Counted from the first letter of the stretch, positions 1-10,582 are shown. The stretch: DNA of 52,244 nt from an uncultured Bacilli bacterium (GCA_944332005.1 CALVJD010000027.1:1-52244); one strand, 5' to 3'. Numbers and translations: made by a program. Notes: generated by a model not told the origin, from the letters alone.

Positions 1-1362
1 TTAAATCATTGGATGGAAGATTGTCATGATTGGTGTATTTCTCGTCAATTATGGTGGGGACATCGTATTCCTGCTTGGTATCGTGGTGATGAGATTTATG
101 TTGGTGTAGAGGCACCTAAGGGAGATGGTTGGGTACAAGATCAGGATGTACTAGATACTTGGTTCAGTAGTGCATTATGGCCTTTTAGTACGCTTGGTTG
201 GCCAAAAGATACGGATTTACTGAAGCGATATTTTCCTAATGATATTTTAGTAACCGGATACGATATTATCTTTTTCTGGGTATGTCGTATGGTTTTTCAA
301 TCATTGGAATTTACTGGTAAGAGACCTTTTAAAGAATGTTTAATTCATGGACTTATCCGTGATAAAGAAGGACGTAAGATGAGTAAATCACTTGGTAATG
401 GAGTTGATCCAATGGATGTGATTGAAACTTATGGATGTGACGCTCTTCGTTATTTCTTAGCGACAAGCAGTGCACCAGGTCAAGACTTGCGTTACGATGA
501 AGAAAAAGTAAAAGCAACATGGAATTTTATCAATAAATTGTGGAATGCAAGTCGTTTTGTACTTATGAATGTCGAAAATTCCGCTTGCGATCGATTTGAT
601 CATCTTTCAATATCTGATCAATGGATTTTGACCAAATTGAATAAGACAATTGAAAAAGTTCGTAATCATATGGATAAATATGAATTCAATGTCGTAGGTA
701 GTGAATTATATAGCTTTATTTGGGATGATTTTTGTGATTGGTATATTGAACTTGCAAAGATCAATATGAATGAGACAACAAAAACGGTACTTGTTTATGT
801 ATTAGAATCTATTTTGAAGATGTTACATCCGTTCATGCCATATGTAACCGAAGAAATCTATATGATGTTGCCACATCATGGTGAATCGATTATGATAAGT
901 TCTTATCCAGTTTATCAAAAAAAGCAAGTGTTTATGGATAAAACACAAGAATTAGAAGAATTAATTGCTTTTATTGTAAAAGTACGTGCATGTAAATTAG
1001 AAAATAGTATTCCAAAGGATGCGAAAGTATATTTGCATGGAAATCATGAAGATATTTTACTAAAATTATTGAAAATAGCTCCTGAAAATCGTCTTTTTGA
1101 AAAAATGGGAAATGGTATTGAAGTAATGAGTAACGGATACGAAATAGCTTTCTATTTTGAGATCAAAGTTGATCAAGAAGAAGAGCAAAGGAAGTTATTA
1201 GAGGAACAAAGTCGTCTTATAAGTTCTATAGAACGCAGGCGTAAATTACTTTCCAATCCTGGATATTTAGCAAAAGCTCCAGCATCGATCATCGAGCAGG
1301 AACGAGCTAATTTGGCAAAAGAAGAGGAATCATTACAAAATATAAAAGAGAAACTTGTATAA
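1..1362 (+). CDS. valS: valine--tRNA ligase, C-terminal ~450 aa (5' end lies outside the window)
   Basis: The frame is open from base 1. It has the class I KMSKS motif ([10 protein letters not shown]), [14 protein letters not shown], and a C-terminal coiled coil typical of ValRS. Confidence 0.95.
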   Translation, partial: LNHWMEDCHDWCISRQLWWGHRIPAWYRGDEIYVGVEAPKGDGWVQDQDVLDTWFSSALWPFSTLGWPKDTDLLKRYFPNDILVTGYDIIFFWVCRMVFQSLEFTGKRPFKECLIHGLIRDKEGRKMSKSLGNGVDPMDVIETYGCDALRYFLATSSAPGQDLRYDEEKVKATWNFINKLWNASRFVLMNVENSACDRFDHLSISDQWILTKLNKTIEKVRNHMDKYEFNVVGSELYSFIWDDFCDWYIELAKINMNETTKTVLVYVLESILKMLHPFMPYVTEEIYMMLPHHGESIMISSYPVYQKKQVFMDKTQELEELIAFIVKVRACKLENSIPKDAKVYLHGNHEDILLKLLKIAPENRLFEKMGNGIEVMSNGYEIAFYFEIKVDQEEEQRKLLEEQSRLISSIERRRKLLSNPGYLAKAPASIIEQERANLAKEEESLQNIKEKLV

Positions 1363-1445
1363 AACATTTCTTTTTGTTTACAATAATAATAGCGAGCCAT
1401 AATTTACCACATTTTACGTAAAATCGTAAAAAATGTCGAATACTG

Positions 1446-1475
1446 TTGACTGGAAACTCTAAAATGTGGTATATT
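1446..1475 (+). promoter_or_regulatory. sigma-A type promoter for the prepilin gene
   Basis: TTGACT (1446-1451), an 18-nt spacer, then an extended -10 TGgTATATT (1467-1475). Confidence 0.5.
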
Positions 1476-1509
1476 GTAATCGTAGAAAAAAATAGAGGAG
1501 GGAAATGAA

Positions 1510-1878
1510 ATGAAAGCAAATAAGGGATTTACCTTAATTGAGTTATTAGCTGTTATCGTTATTTTAGCTGTAATCGCATTAATTGCTACACCATTAATTA
1601 TGAATGTAATTAATGACGCTAAAAGAGGTGCTGCTATGGATGGTGCTTATTATTACCTTGATGCTGTAGAAAACAAAATCATGGTAGATATGATTAGCAA
1701 TCCTTCTGGAAGTGTTGTTACATCAGCTGACCATACTTTTGCAAGTGTAAAAGGTACTGCTCCAACAAGTGCTTCATTAACAATTTCAAGTGGTGTTGTA
1801 ACTGGTGGAACTATTACAGTTGATGGTTATACATTCACTGTTGGTGCTAATGGAACTTTAACAGAATCACGTGCATAG
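1510..1878 (+). CDS. prepilin-type N-terminal cleavage/methylation domain protein (type IV pilin / pseudopilin-like), 122 aa
   Basis: It has a class III signal, MKANKG/FTLIELLAVIVILAVIALIA, with Glu at +5. The C-terminal region is Ser/Thr/Gly-rich. A GGAGG RBS lies upstream. Confidence 0.8.
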   Translation: MKANKGFTLIELLAVIVILAVIALIATPLIMNVINDAKRGAAMDGAYYYLDAVENKIMVDMISNPSGSVVTSADHTFASVKGTAPTSASLTISSGVVTGGTITVDGYTFTVGANGTLTESRA

Positions 1879-1893
1879 TTTCATTCAACAAAA

Positions 1894-1921
1894 AAGGTAG
1901 TGAAAGCTATCTTTTTTTTTT
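1894..1921 (+). terminator. intrinsic terminator after the prepilin gene
   Basis: AAGGTAG / CTATCTT stem (one G-U pair), 6-nt loop, followed by about 10 T. Confidence 0.7.
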
Positions 1922-1965
1922 GATTTCCTGTATAATGTATGACAGATGATGAATGAGGTAGATTT

Positions 1966-2898
1966 ATGAAGATGATTTCAATTGTAGTTCCTTGTTATAA
2001 TGAAGAGGAAGCGTTACCATATTTTTATGATGAGATTACTAAAGTTGTCAAAACAATGAAAAAGATAAATTTTGAGTTTTTGTTTATCAACGACGGTTCA
2101 AAGGATAAAACGTTAGAGGTGTTACGTACACTAGCTCAAAAAGATAAACGAGTACGTTATGTTTCTTTTTCACGTAATTTTGGAAAAGAAGCGGGGATGT
2201 ATGCTGGTTTAAAGGAAGCTCATGGTGATTATGTAGCAATTATGGATGCAGATTTACAAGACCCACCATCTTTATTGCCAGAGATGTATCATGCTGTTAC
2301 AGAAGAAGGATATGATAGTGCAGCTACCCGTCGTGTGACACGTGCTGGAGAACCGCCTATTCGTAGTTTTTTTGCCAGATGTTTTTATAAACTAATCAAT
2401 CGTATTTCGAAAGCGGATATTGTCGATGGGGCGCGTGATTTTCGTCTTATGTCTCGCCAAATGGTCGATGCGATTCTTTCTATGACAGAATATAATCGTT
2501 TTTCGAAAGGGATCTTTGGTTGGGTTGGATTTGAAACCAAATGGATTGAATTTGAAAATGTCGAACGTGTAGCTGGAGAGACAAAATGGTCTTTTTGGAA
2601 ACTATTCTTATATTCTCTAGATGGGATCGTTGCTTTTTCAACAGTACCTCTTTCCATTGCTTTTGTTATGGGAATTTTGTTTTGTTTTATTGCGATTGCT
2701 TTTATCGTTGTTCGTACCATCATGTTTGGAGATCCTACTAGTGGTTGGCCATCACTCGTTTGTATTATTTTTTTAGTAAGTGGTGTTCAGTTGTGTTGTT
2801 TAGGAATTATGGGACAATATTTATCTAAGACTTATTTAGAGACGAAGAAAAGACCTATTTATATTGTAAAAGAGACAGAACTTGATCATAAGGAGTAG
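1966..2898 (+). CDS. family 2 glycosyltransferase, polyprenyl-phosphate sugar synthase type (GtrB/CsbB-like)
   Basis: The N-terminus reads SIVVPCYNEE...INDGSKD...DADLQDPP. Two C-terminal TM helices match the GtrB/CsbB architecture. Confidence 0.85.
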   Translation: MKMISIVVPCYNEEEALPYFYDEITKVVKTMKKINFEFLFINDGSKDKTLEVLRTLAQKDKRVRYVSFSRNFGKEAGMYAGLKEAHGDYVAIMDADLQDPPSLLPEMYHAVTEEGYDSAATRRVTRAGEPPIRSFFARCFYKLINRISKADIVDGARDFRLMSRQMVDAILSMTEYNRFSKGIFGWVGFETKWIEFENVERVAGETKWSFWKLFLYSLDGIVAFSTVPLSIAFVMGILFCFIAIAFIVVRTIMFGDPTSGWPSLVCIIFLVSGVQLCCLGIMGQYLSKTYLETKKRPIYIVKETELDHKE

Positions 2899-2903
2899 TT
2901 TTT

Positions 2904-5882
2904 ATGAAAAAGGTAAATAATTTTTTAAATGAAAAAAAAGGATATTTTCTATCTTTTTTCATTCCTTTACTTGTATTAGTATTTCTTTTTACAACGATGA
3001 AGGTGTTCTTTTTTGACAAGTATAATTTGTTAATTTCGGATATGTTTGGGCAGTATCATCCATTCTTTCAATATTTAAAAGATGCTTTATTAGGTGATCA
3101 GTCTTTTGCATATTCGTCCTCTCTAGGATTAGGAAGTGGTATGATTGGTACCATTGCCTATTATTTAATTAGTCCATTTAATTTGTTGATTCTTTTGTTT
3201 TCCGACGAGAAAATGGTTTTGGCAATGCAACTTATCATCGTATTGAAAATTAGTATGTGTGGATTGACGATGTTCACTTATTTAAAACATCATTATCCAA
3301 AGCAAAGCAATCTTAAATTATTGATTTTCTCTAGTTCCTATGCGTTAATGGGATATATAGCATGTTATTATTTTCATATTATGTGGTTAGATGGCATTTA
3401 TCTATTACCACTTGTATGTTTGGGAATCGATGTTATTTTGTCAAAGCGAAAACCGGTTTTGTATGGAGTAACATTATTTTTATCTATCCTATGTAATTAT
3501 TATATTGGATATATGATCTGTATTTTTGCCGTCATTTATTTTCTTTATCGTTTGTTTTTAAATTTCCGTTGGCATAAAGATAAAGCCAAAATGATAAAAG
3601 CGATCATTCAATTTGGAATCACTTCTTTGCTTTCCGGACTATCTACAGCTATTATTTTAGTTCCTACATTTTTTTCTATGTTAGAAACGAGTAAAATGAT
3701 GGGAATCGGTGATTTAGAACCTTTTACGTTTCACTTTCCATTTATAACTTATATTTCAAAACTTGTTTTAGGATCTCATAACCAAGCTGATATTTTAGTG
3801 AAAAATGGTTGTGTAATTTATTGTGGTACCATTGTCTTTATTTTGTCGCTTCTTTATTTTTTGAATCCAAAGTTTAAGAGAAAAGAAAAATGGTGTACTT
3901 TTTTTGTAATATTATTTTTTCTATGTAGTTTAAGTAATAATTATTTGAATTTGTTCTGGCATGTTGGAACAGAACCTGTTTTCTTTTTTGATCGTTTTAC
4001 TTTTTTGTATTGCTTTTTTCTCATTATCATTGCAGCTCGTTCCTTTTTCGAAATTCGTTCCTTAAAGCCAATTCATTTTTGGATTCTGACTCCCATTTTA
4101 CCAATCTTGTTTTTATTCCTTTTCTTTTTTTCTATTCCTTATTTAAAAACATATGCTATTTATATTACAGTTGCCTTTTATTTTATATATTTATTGTTAT
4201 TGTTATGTTATGTAAAATATCGAGATTCGAAAATTCATCGTTTGCTTGATTGGATGATTTTGGGACTTGTCATAGGGGAGCTGGTGCTTAACTTTCATTT
4301 AGGAGTACAAGATTTTAACCTTCAAACACAAAAGGAAAATTATGATAGTTTTGCGTTTATGGAACAAGTGAAAAACGAAATAAATGAAAAGGATAATGAT
4401 TTATTTTATCGAATGGAAACGCAAAATAGTTACTCTTCGAATGACGGTTTATTATTTGGATATCCAGGGGTTAGTGTATTTGCGTCGACGGTTCAAAAAG
4501 ATATGGCAAATGTCTATAAAAACTTTGGTTTTCAAGGTCAAGATTATACATTTCAATATCAAAGTGGAACGACACCTGTCGTCGATTCCTTATTGGGATT
4601 AAAATATTTGATAGGCGTTGATATTCCTTACTATGATGCAATGGCGTCTTTTCGTTTTTCGTCATACCGTGGTTTTTTTTACGGATTATCAGAAACGGAA
4701 TATGATCTTTATCAGAATTCTTATGCATTGCCATTAGGTTTTCTGACAAGGAACGACGTTAAAATGTTTGGGCAGAAGTTTTTAGATATTGATAATAAAA
4801 ATTATTTTACCTATCAGAATTTTCTATTACAAATTATGACGGGATTAGACGAAGAAGTTTTTAAACCAATTTCCATGATAAAAGAAGATGATAATAGATA
4901 TAAAATAAAAGTGGAAAATGATCAAGATTTTTATTTAACATTGTTTGCTGATTTTTATTTTTATCAAGATCTTCAGATAGAAATAAAAGTCAATGGTGAG
5001 GTTATTGCTAATATACAGTATCCAGATATTCCCAATTATATTTTTATTGAAAATTCTAGTCAAATAGGAGAAGAAATTGAATTAGAAATCAATAGTGAGT
5101 TACCATATCAAATGATTCTTTATTCTTTCGATTTAGATGCTTTTCAAAAACATATTGAAGAATTGAAGCAACAACCAATGGAACTATTTAGTTATCAAGA
5201 TGGATATGTGAAAGGAAAAGTGACGGTAACCTCAGAAAAGAATGTGTTATTTACTTCAATTCCTTATGAAGAAGGATGGCAAATTAAAGTAGATGGTAAG
5301 AAAGTAGAAGGCTTAAAACTGGCTGAAGGATTATTAGGAGTCGAACTAACCGAAGGGGAACACATTGTTGAGTTTACTTATCATGTGCCAGGATTATTAC
5401 AAGGGTTTGTGATTTCTTTTATCAGTATTTTACTAGGAATATGGTATTATAAGAAAAGAGATCTGATTGATACTCAGCTTGCCAATTTCTATTTGAAACA
5501 TGAAGAAATTTGGAACTATTTAATCGTTGGTGCTTTGACAACGGTTGTCAATGTAGTGGTATATGCGATTTTCACCAAACTATTATCTATTCATTATATG
5601 GTAAGCACGGTAATCGCTTGGATTTTATCGGTGTTATTCGCCTATGTGGCAAATAAAAAGGTAGTTTTTAAAAGTAAGGTAAAAGATCGCAAAGATTTAT
5701 GGAAAGAAATAGAAAATTTCTTTCAATTCCGTGTTCTTTCCTTATTCCTAGAAATGGGTTCGATGTATCTTTTGGTTAGCCTTTTATCTGTTCAAGATTT
5801 ATTATCTAAAATTTTGGTTAATATTATGGTGATTATAGCAAACTATTTTTTCAGTAAATTATTTGTGTTTAAAAAGGAGTGA
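2904..5882 (+). CDS. YfhO-family polytopic membrane glycosyltransferase fused to a C-terminal GtrA-like domain (992 aa)
   Basis: The N-terminal ~850 aa are YfhO-like, with many TM segments and a QYHPFFQYL...YYLISPFNLL start. The last ~130 aa (about 5481-5882) have four TM segments with GtrA-like character (YLIVGALTTVVNV...ANYFFSKLFVF). Confidence 0.75.
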   Translation: MKKVNNFLNEKKGYFLSFFIPLLVLVFLFTTMKVFFFDKYNLLISDMFGQYHPFFQYLKDALLGDQSFAYSSSLGLGSGMIGTIAYYLISPFNLLILLFSDEKMVLAMQLIIVLKISMCGLTMFTYLKHHYPKQSNLKLLIFSSSYALMGYIACYYFHIMWLDGIYLLPLVCLGIDVILSKRKPVLYGVTLFLSILCNYYIGYMICIFAVIYFLYRLFLNFRWHKDKAKMIKAIIQFGITSLLSGLSTAIILVPTFFSMLETSKMMGIGDLEPFTFHFPFITYISKLVLGSHNQADILVKNGCVIYCGTIVFILSLLYFLNPKFKRKEKWCTFFVILFFLCSLSNNYLNLFWHVGTEPVFFFDRFTFLYCFFLIIIAARSFFEIRSLKPIHFWILTPILPILFLFLFFFSIPYLKTYAIYITVAFYFIYLLLLLCYVKYRDSKIHRLLDWMILGLVIGELVLNFHLGVQDFNLQTQKENYDSFAFMEQVKNEINEKDNDLFYRMETQNSYSSNDGLLFGYPGVSVFASTVQKDMANVYKNFGFQGQDYTFQYQSGTTPVVDSLLGLKYLIGVDIPYYDAMASFRFSSYRGFFYGLSETEYDLYQNSYALPLGFLTRNDVKMFGQKFLDIDNKNYFTYQNFLLQIMTGLDEEVFKPISMIKEDDNRYKIKVENDQDFYLTLFADFYFYQDLQIEIKVNGEVIANIQYPDIPNYIFIENSSQIGEEIELEINSELPYQMILYSFDLDAFQKHIEELKQQPMELFSYQDGYVKGKVTVTSEKNVLFTSIPYEEGWQIKVDGKKVEGLKLAEGLLGVELTEGEHIVEFTYHVPGLLQGFVISFISILLGIWYYKKRDLIDTQLANFYLKHEEIWNYLIVGALTTVVNVVVYAIFTKLLSIHYMVSTVIAWILSVLFAYVANKKVVFKSKVKDRKDLWKEIENFFQFRVLSLFLEMGSMYLLVSLLSVQDLLSKILVNIMVIIANYFFSKLFVFKKE

Positions 5883-5887
5883 TCTGT

Positions 5888-6397
5888 ATGGATGAATACC
5901 GTTTAGCTTTAATTTGTGGGAATATAGAAGAAACGGATAAATTAAAAGATGGAATGACGATTAAGTTAGGAAAATTGGGAATTGAGGATTTACATGGTGC
6001 GATTTTATTAGATTTTGCAGAACAACATTATCCCAATATACCTTGGCTTGAACGTTATCGAAATAGTTATCATGCCGAAGTGATTGCCTATTTTTATACT
6101 TTGATGGGATATATTGTCTTTTTCAATACTACCAAAGAAAACAAAAAATATGGAAATAATGGCCTTTTTATGATGCCTAGAAAGATTACGCCAAAGCAAG
6201 AAGCTTCTTTGCAGAAGTTAGCTTCTGAATTAAATGGGTATGATGTTGATCTCGTATATCATCTTCATGTAGCGGATGGACTAGTAGATGGTGAAGTCAT
6301 TTCAAAAAGCAAAAATTTGAAAACACCTAGCCAACTTGTCTCTCATTATTTATCCAATTTTGTTCAAAAGGAGGAAGAAAATTGCAAGAAATTATAA
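5888..6397 (+). CDS. hypothetical protein (~169 aa)
   Basis: Long ORF. The ATG at 5888 lies 8 nt after AAGGAG, whereas the track's GTG at 5879 sits inside that RBS. I recognise no family. Confidence 0.55.
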   Translation: MDEYRLALICGNIEETDKLKDGMTIKLGKLGIEDLHGAILLDFAEQHYPNIPWLERYRNSYHAEVIAYFYTLMGYIVFFNTTKENKKYGNNGLFMMPRKITPKQEASLQKLASELNGYDVDLVYHLHVADGLVDGEVISKSKNLKTPSQLVSHYLSNFVQKEEENCKKL

Positions 6398-7299
6398 TTG
6401 GCTCACATGTTTCTTTTCAAAAAGATCGACAATTATTAGGTAGCGTGTTAGAAGCACTATCATATGATGCCAATACTTTTATGTTTTATACGGGAGCTCC
6501 TCAAAATACCAGTCGCATGCCAATTCGTGATGATCTTACCATGGAGGCTTATCAAGTGATGAGAGAACATGATATGAAATTAGAAAACGTTATAGTTCAT
6601 GCACCATATATCATTAATTTAGCGAACAATGAGAAAATGGATTCCTATCGCTTTGCCATTACTTTCTTAAAACAAGAAATCGAACGATGTGAAGCATTAG
6701 GCATGACGAAGCTTGTCCTACATCCCGGAAGTTTTGTCAAACTTAATCGTGAAATGGGAATTAAAAATATTATCGATGGTTTAAATCAAGTGATCGATAA
6801 GAATCAAAAAGTGGATATTTTATTAGAGACGATGGCTGGGAAAGGAACGGAATTAGGTGTTAATTTTTCAGAATTAAAAAAGATTATCGATGGAATTAAG
6901 TATTCGGAAAAAGTGAAGGTGTGTTTGGATACTTGCCATCTGCACGATGCTGGGTATGATCTTACTCATTTCGATCAAGTATTAGAGGAGTTTGATCATG
7001 TGATCGGAATTAATAAGATTGGTTGTATTCATATTAACGATAGTAAGAATGAAAGAGGATCCAAAAAAGATCGTCACGAAAATATTGGTTTAGGAACGAT
7101 TGGGTTCCATACCTTATTATCGATCATTTATCATCCCCTTTTAAAAAATATTCCTAAAATTTTAGAGACACCTTATATAACACCTAACGATGATGTAAAA
7201 GAAAAAACATTACCACCATATCGCTTTGAAATTGCGATGATTCGAGATCGAACTATGAATCAGAATTTATTAAAAGATATCAGAAACTACTATCGATAG
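6382..7299 (+). CDS. nfo: deoxyribonuclease IV (endonuclease IV)
   Basis: Full-length Nfo-like sequence (IGSHVS...HAPYIINL...LETMAGKG...DTCH...HINDSK). TTG start 7 nt after AAGGAGG. Confidence 0.9.
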   Translation: MQEIIIGSHVSFQKDRQLLGSVLEALSYDANTFMFYTGAPQNTSRMPIRDDLTMEAYQVMREHDMKLENVIVHAPYIINLANNEKMDSYRFAITFLKQEIERCEALGMTKLVLHPGSFVKLNREMGIKNIIDGLNQVIDKNQKVDILLETMAGKGTELGVNFSELKKIIDGIKYSEKVKVCLDTCHLHDAGYDLTHFDQVLEEFDHVIGINKIGCIHINDSKNERGSKKDRHENIGLGTIGFHTLLSIIYHPLLKNIPKILETPYITPNDDVKEKTLPPYRFEIAMIRDRTMNQNLLKDIRNYYR

Positions 7300-7562
7300 T
7301 TCTGATATTTTTCTTTGAAATAACGATATAATTCTATCATTTTTTGATAAGTAGCCGGCTCTAATTTACTTTCTACTTCATCAAATATTTTTCTCGGATT
7401 ACCATACACTAAAGTTCGCCAGTCACGTTTGATATAAGTGGAGAAAACATCAATTTCTTCTTTGGTTAATGTGATGCCATTTTGTTTGGCAAAACGGTCG
7501 ATATCGTCATCTGTCATTCTTTCGACAAATTGACCAATTAAATAGTCATACATAAAAGTCAC
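7290..7562 (-). CDS. small DUF2624/YqfT-like protein
   Basis: 90-aa ORF convergent with nfo, matching the yqfS(nfo)-yqfT neighbourhood of Bacillus. The similarity is judged from memory only. Confidence 0.55.
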   Translation of the reverse strand: MTFMYDYLIGQFVERMTDDDIDRFAKQNGITLTKEEIDVFSTYIKRDWRTLVYGNPRKIFDEVESKLEPATYQKMIELYRYFKEKYQNYR

Positions 7563-7635
7563 CTCATCCTATTCTATGATGCATTTTTCTGCATAATACG
7601 TACAAAATATGTAATAGAATAGAAAAAGGAGGAAG

Positions 7636-9711
7636 ATGATGAAAAAGAAACCGAAAATTTATTATTCACATCCGAATCAATATAAAAATCAAAAGACGAT
7701 TACGAAAGAACGATATCGTTTACTTTCCATTGCTATTGTAGCAATCATGGCGATCCTTTCCTGCAACTTGTTTTTGGTACAAATTTTAAAACATGATGAA
7801 TATACGAATCGAGTCCTAACGCTAAGTCAAAATGTGATTGAAGGTAGTAGTGCTCCTAGAGGGAGAATTTATGATCGCAATCATCGCTTGGTCGTCGACA
7901 ATAAACCAGTAAAGTCGATTTATTATAAGAAACAGAGTGGAACTTCAAAGAAAGAAGAAGTGGAAATTGCTTATCAATTAGCTAGTATGATCGAAGTGGA
8001 TCATTCCAAATTATATGAAATTAACTTAAAAGAGTTTTGGTTACAAAATTATCCAGAGGAGGGAAATGAGAAAATTACGGAGGAAGAATGGCGAGCATTA
8101 GAGACGAGGAAACTTTCCAGTAGCGATATTGAAAATTTGAAGTTGGAACGAATTACCGAGGAAGAGTTGAGTGAATATCAAGAAATCGACTTAGAGGCTG
8201 CTTATATTTATTATTTGATGAATAAAGGATATTCATATTCTGAAAAAACGATTAAAAATAAAGATGTAACGGATGAAGAATATGCTTTGGTAAGTGAGAA
8301 TGTAGGAGTACTACGAGGTGTCAATACGAGATTAGATTGGGAACGATATTATCCTTATGGAGATGTTTTTAGAACTATTTTAGGGAATGTTTCTACTAGT
8401 GAAAGTGGGATTCCTAAAGAGTTGAAGGATTATTATATAGCGAGAGGATATACATTAGATGATCGAGTGGGAACGAGTTATCTGGAATATCAATATGAAG
8501 ATTATTTGCGAGGAGTAAAAGATCAATTCTTGGTAAATAAAAATGGCGAAAATATCTTGATAAAAGAGGGAAGTAGAGGAAATGATATTGTTCTTACCAT
8601 CGATATTGAGTTGCAAAAGGAAGTAGAACGAATCTTAGTAGAGGAAATTACCAAGGCTAAGAGTGAACCAAATACAGAATATTATAATCATTCGTTTGTG
8701 ATTATTACCGATCCCAAAACAGGTGAGGTTTTGGCTATGGCTGGTAAACAAGTAGTAAAGACTTCCGATGGATATGAAGTATATGATTATACCCCAGGAA
8801 TTACCACTTCGCCAGTTACCGTAGGATCGGTAGTAAAAGGGGCTTCTCATATTGTTGGATATAATACGGGAGCTCTTACGATCGGTGAAATTAGAGATGA
8901 TGCTTGTATTAAGATTGCTTCTACTCCAGAGAAATGTTCTTATAAATATTGGGGTGTTATCAATGATATTCAAGCTTTAAAGTATTCTTCCAATACCTAT
9001 CAATTTCGTACCGCCATTAAGGTAGGGAAAGGAAACTATGTTTATGATGCACCTCTTAAAATTGATGAATCAGCTTTTGATATTTATCGTAATACATTTG
9101 CTGAATTTGGATTAGGGGTTAAAACAGGAATTGACTTGCCAGTTGAGAGTTTAGGCTATAAAGGAAGCAGTACGTTAGCAGGACATTTGCTTGATTTTTC
9201 GATTGGTCAATATGATACTTATACGCCTATTCAATTATCACAGTATATTAGTACGATTGCCAATAATGGAGATCGTATGCAACCATACTTGTTAAAAGCG
9301 GTTTATGAGCCAACCAAAGAACCACTCACGAATTTAATTTATGAAACTAAACCCGTTTTGCTCAATCATGTCAATACCGAAGATCGATATTTAGAACGAG
9401 TGAAACAAGGTTTTATCGAAGTGTTAAAGACAGGAGGTACAGGATCGGGTTCAATCGATTTAAGCTATCAGCCGGCAGGAAAGACAGGAACAAGTCAAAG
9501 TTTTTTAGATACCGATAATGATGGTAAGATCGATACGGAAACAATTACGACAACCTTTGTTGCTTTTGCCCCAGTCGATGATCCTATTGTCACCTTTACG
9601 GTAATTTCTCCAGATGTTTCCCATTATGGTAATAAAAGTAGTTATCAAACATATGTTAATAAAAGAATAAGTAAGGAAGTTTCAAAAAAATTCTTTGAAA
9701 TTTACCAATAA
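7636..9711 (+). CDS. class B penicillin-binding protein (transpeptidase, PBP2/PBP2B-like)
   Basis: N-terminal TM anchor and dimerisation domain. Motifs SVVK (SxxK), SSN and KTGTS are present. Confidence 0.9.
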   Translation: MMKKKPKIYYSHPNQYKNQKTITKERYRLLSIAIVAIMAILSCNLFLVQILKHDEYTNRVLTLSQNVIEGSSAPRGRIYDRNHRLVVDNKPVKSIYYKKQSGTSKKEEVEIAYQLASMIEVDHSKLYEINLKEFWLQNYPEEGNEKITEEEWRALETRKLSSSDIENLKLERITEEELSEYQEIDLEAAYIYYLMNKGYSYSEKTIKNKDVTDEEYALVSENVGVLRGVNTRLDWERYYPYGDVFRTILGNVSTSESGIPKELKDYYIARGYTLDDRVGTSYLEYQYEDYLRGVKDQFLVNKNGENILIKEGSRGNDIVLTIDIELQKEVERILVEEITKAKSEPNTEYYNHSFVIITDPKTGEVLAMAGKQVVKTSDGYEVYDYTPGITTSPVTVGSVVKGASHIVGYNTGALTIGEIRDDACIKIASTPEKCSYKYWGVINDIQALKYSSNTYQFRTAIKVGKGNYVYDAPLKIDESAFDIYRNTFAEFGLGVKTGIDLPVESLGYKGSSTLAGHLLDFSIGQYDTYTPIQLSQYISTIANNGDRMQPYLLKAVYEPTKEPLTNLIYETKPVLLNHVNTEDRYLERVKQGFIEVLKTGGTGSGSIDLSYQPAGKTGTSQSFLDTDNDGKIDTETITTTFVAFAPVDDPIVTFTVISPDVSHYGNKSSYQTYVNKRISKEVSKKFFEIYQ

Positions 9712-9754
9712 TTTGCTATAATAGTAACGAACGAAGCAAAAGGAGGGAAAGATC

Positions 9755-9922
9755 ATGGCTAAAAAAGGAGAAAATCGCGAAAGAATTGATCTACAATGCA
9801 CGGAATGTAAAGAAATCAATTATCGTACTGAAAAGAATAAAAAGAATACACCTGAACGTATAGAATTAAATAAATTCTGTAAGAGATGTGGAAAAACAAC
9901 AACACATAAAGAAAAAAAATAA
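9755..9922 (+). CDS. rpmG: 50S ribosomal protein L33 (55 aa; below the ORF-track length cut-off)
   Basis: Hand translation gives [55 protein letters not shown], a CxxC...CxxC zinc-ribbon form. A GGAGGG RBS lies upstream. Confidence 0.9.
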   Translation: MAKKGENRERIDLQCTECKEINYRTEKNKKNTPERIELNKFCKRCGKTTTHKEKK

Positions 9923-9923
9923 G

Positions 9924-9945
9924 ATAAGGAAATTCCTTATTTTTT
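9924..9945 (+). terminator. intrinsic terminator after rpmG
   Basis: ATAAGGA / TCCTTAT stem, 3-nt loop, T5. Confidence 0.6.
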
Positions 9946-9962
9946 GATGAGAGGAGGATTGT

Positions 9963-10520
9963 ATGTTTAATATTAATGATATTAAGAATGGTATGACTTT
10001 TACGCTTGATGGACAAATTTATCAAGTATTGGAATTTTTACATGTAAAACCTGGTAAAGGGCCAGCTTTCATGAAAACAAAAATTAAAAATTTGCGAACG
10101 GGAGCTACCATTGAACGTACTTTTAATACGAATGTAAAACTCGAAAAGGCAATCATTGAAAAACGTGAAATGCAATACTTATATGCATCTGGTGATGTTT
10201 ATAATTTCATGAATATGGAAACTTATGAACAAATTGAACTTACGAAAGAACAATTAGGTGATGCCGTCGACTATTTAAAAGAAGGAACAAATGTTCAAGT
10301 TACGTTCTATCAAGGAGAATTATTAGGAGTAGAACTTCCAGACAAGATGGAACTTACGGTTACAAGTACAGAGCCAGCTGTAAAAGGTAATACGACGAAT
10401 AATGCAATGAAAGATGCGACCGTAGAAACGGGATTATTAGTAAAAGTACCACTTTTTATCGAACAAGGAGAAGTGATTCTCGTATCGACAAAAGATGGCA
10501 AATATGTATCAAGAGCATAA
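9963..10520 (+). CDS. efp: elongation factor P
   Basis: Full-length EF-P, including the KPGKGPAFMKTKIKN loop. Confidence 0.95.
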   Translation: MFNINDIKNGMTFTLDGQIYQVLEFLHVKPGKGPAFMKTKIKNLRTGATIERTFNTNVKLEKAIIEKREMQYLYASGDVYNFMNMETYEQIELTKEQLGDAVDYLKEGTNVQVTFYQGELLGVELPDKMELTVTSTEPAVKGNTTNNAMKDATVETGLLVKVPLFIEQGEVILVSTKDGKYVSRA

Positions 10521-10521
10521 A

Positions 10522-10545
10522 AGAGACGAAAGTTTCTTTTTTTTC
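10522..10545 (+). terminator. intrinsic terminator after efp
   Basis: AGAGAC / GTTTCT stem (one G-U pair), GAAA loop, T-run. Confidence 0.6.
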
Positions 10546-10582
10546 TTTATAGAATCGTGTATAATAAAGATAGGTGATGGAA

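Noticed and set aside
5880-5882. Mollicutes-type genetic code (TGA = Trp), considered because of the Mollicutes-like short CIRCE-controlled clpB
   Set aside because: Trp is encoded by TGG throughout. TGA ends full-length conserved ORFs such as YfhO-GtrA, nrdD and yitT, and is the stop at the RF2 frameshift site.
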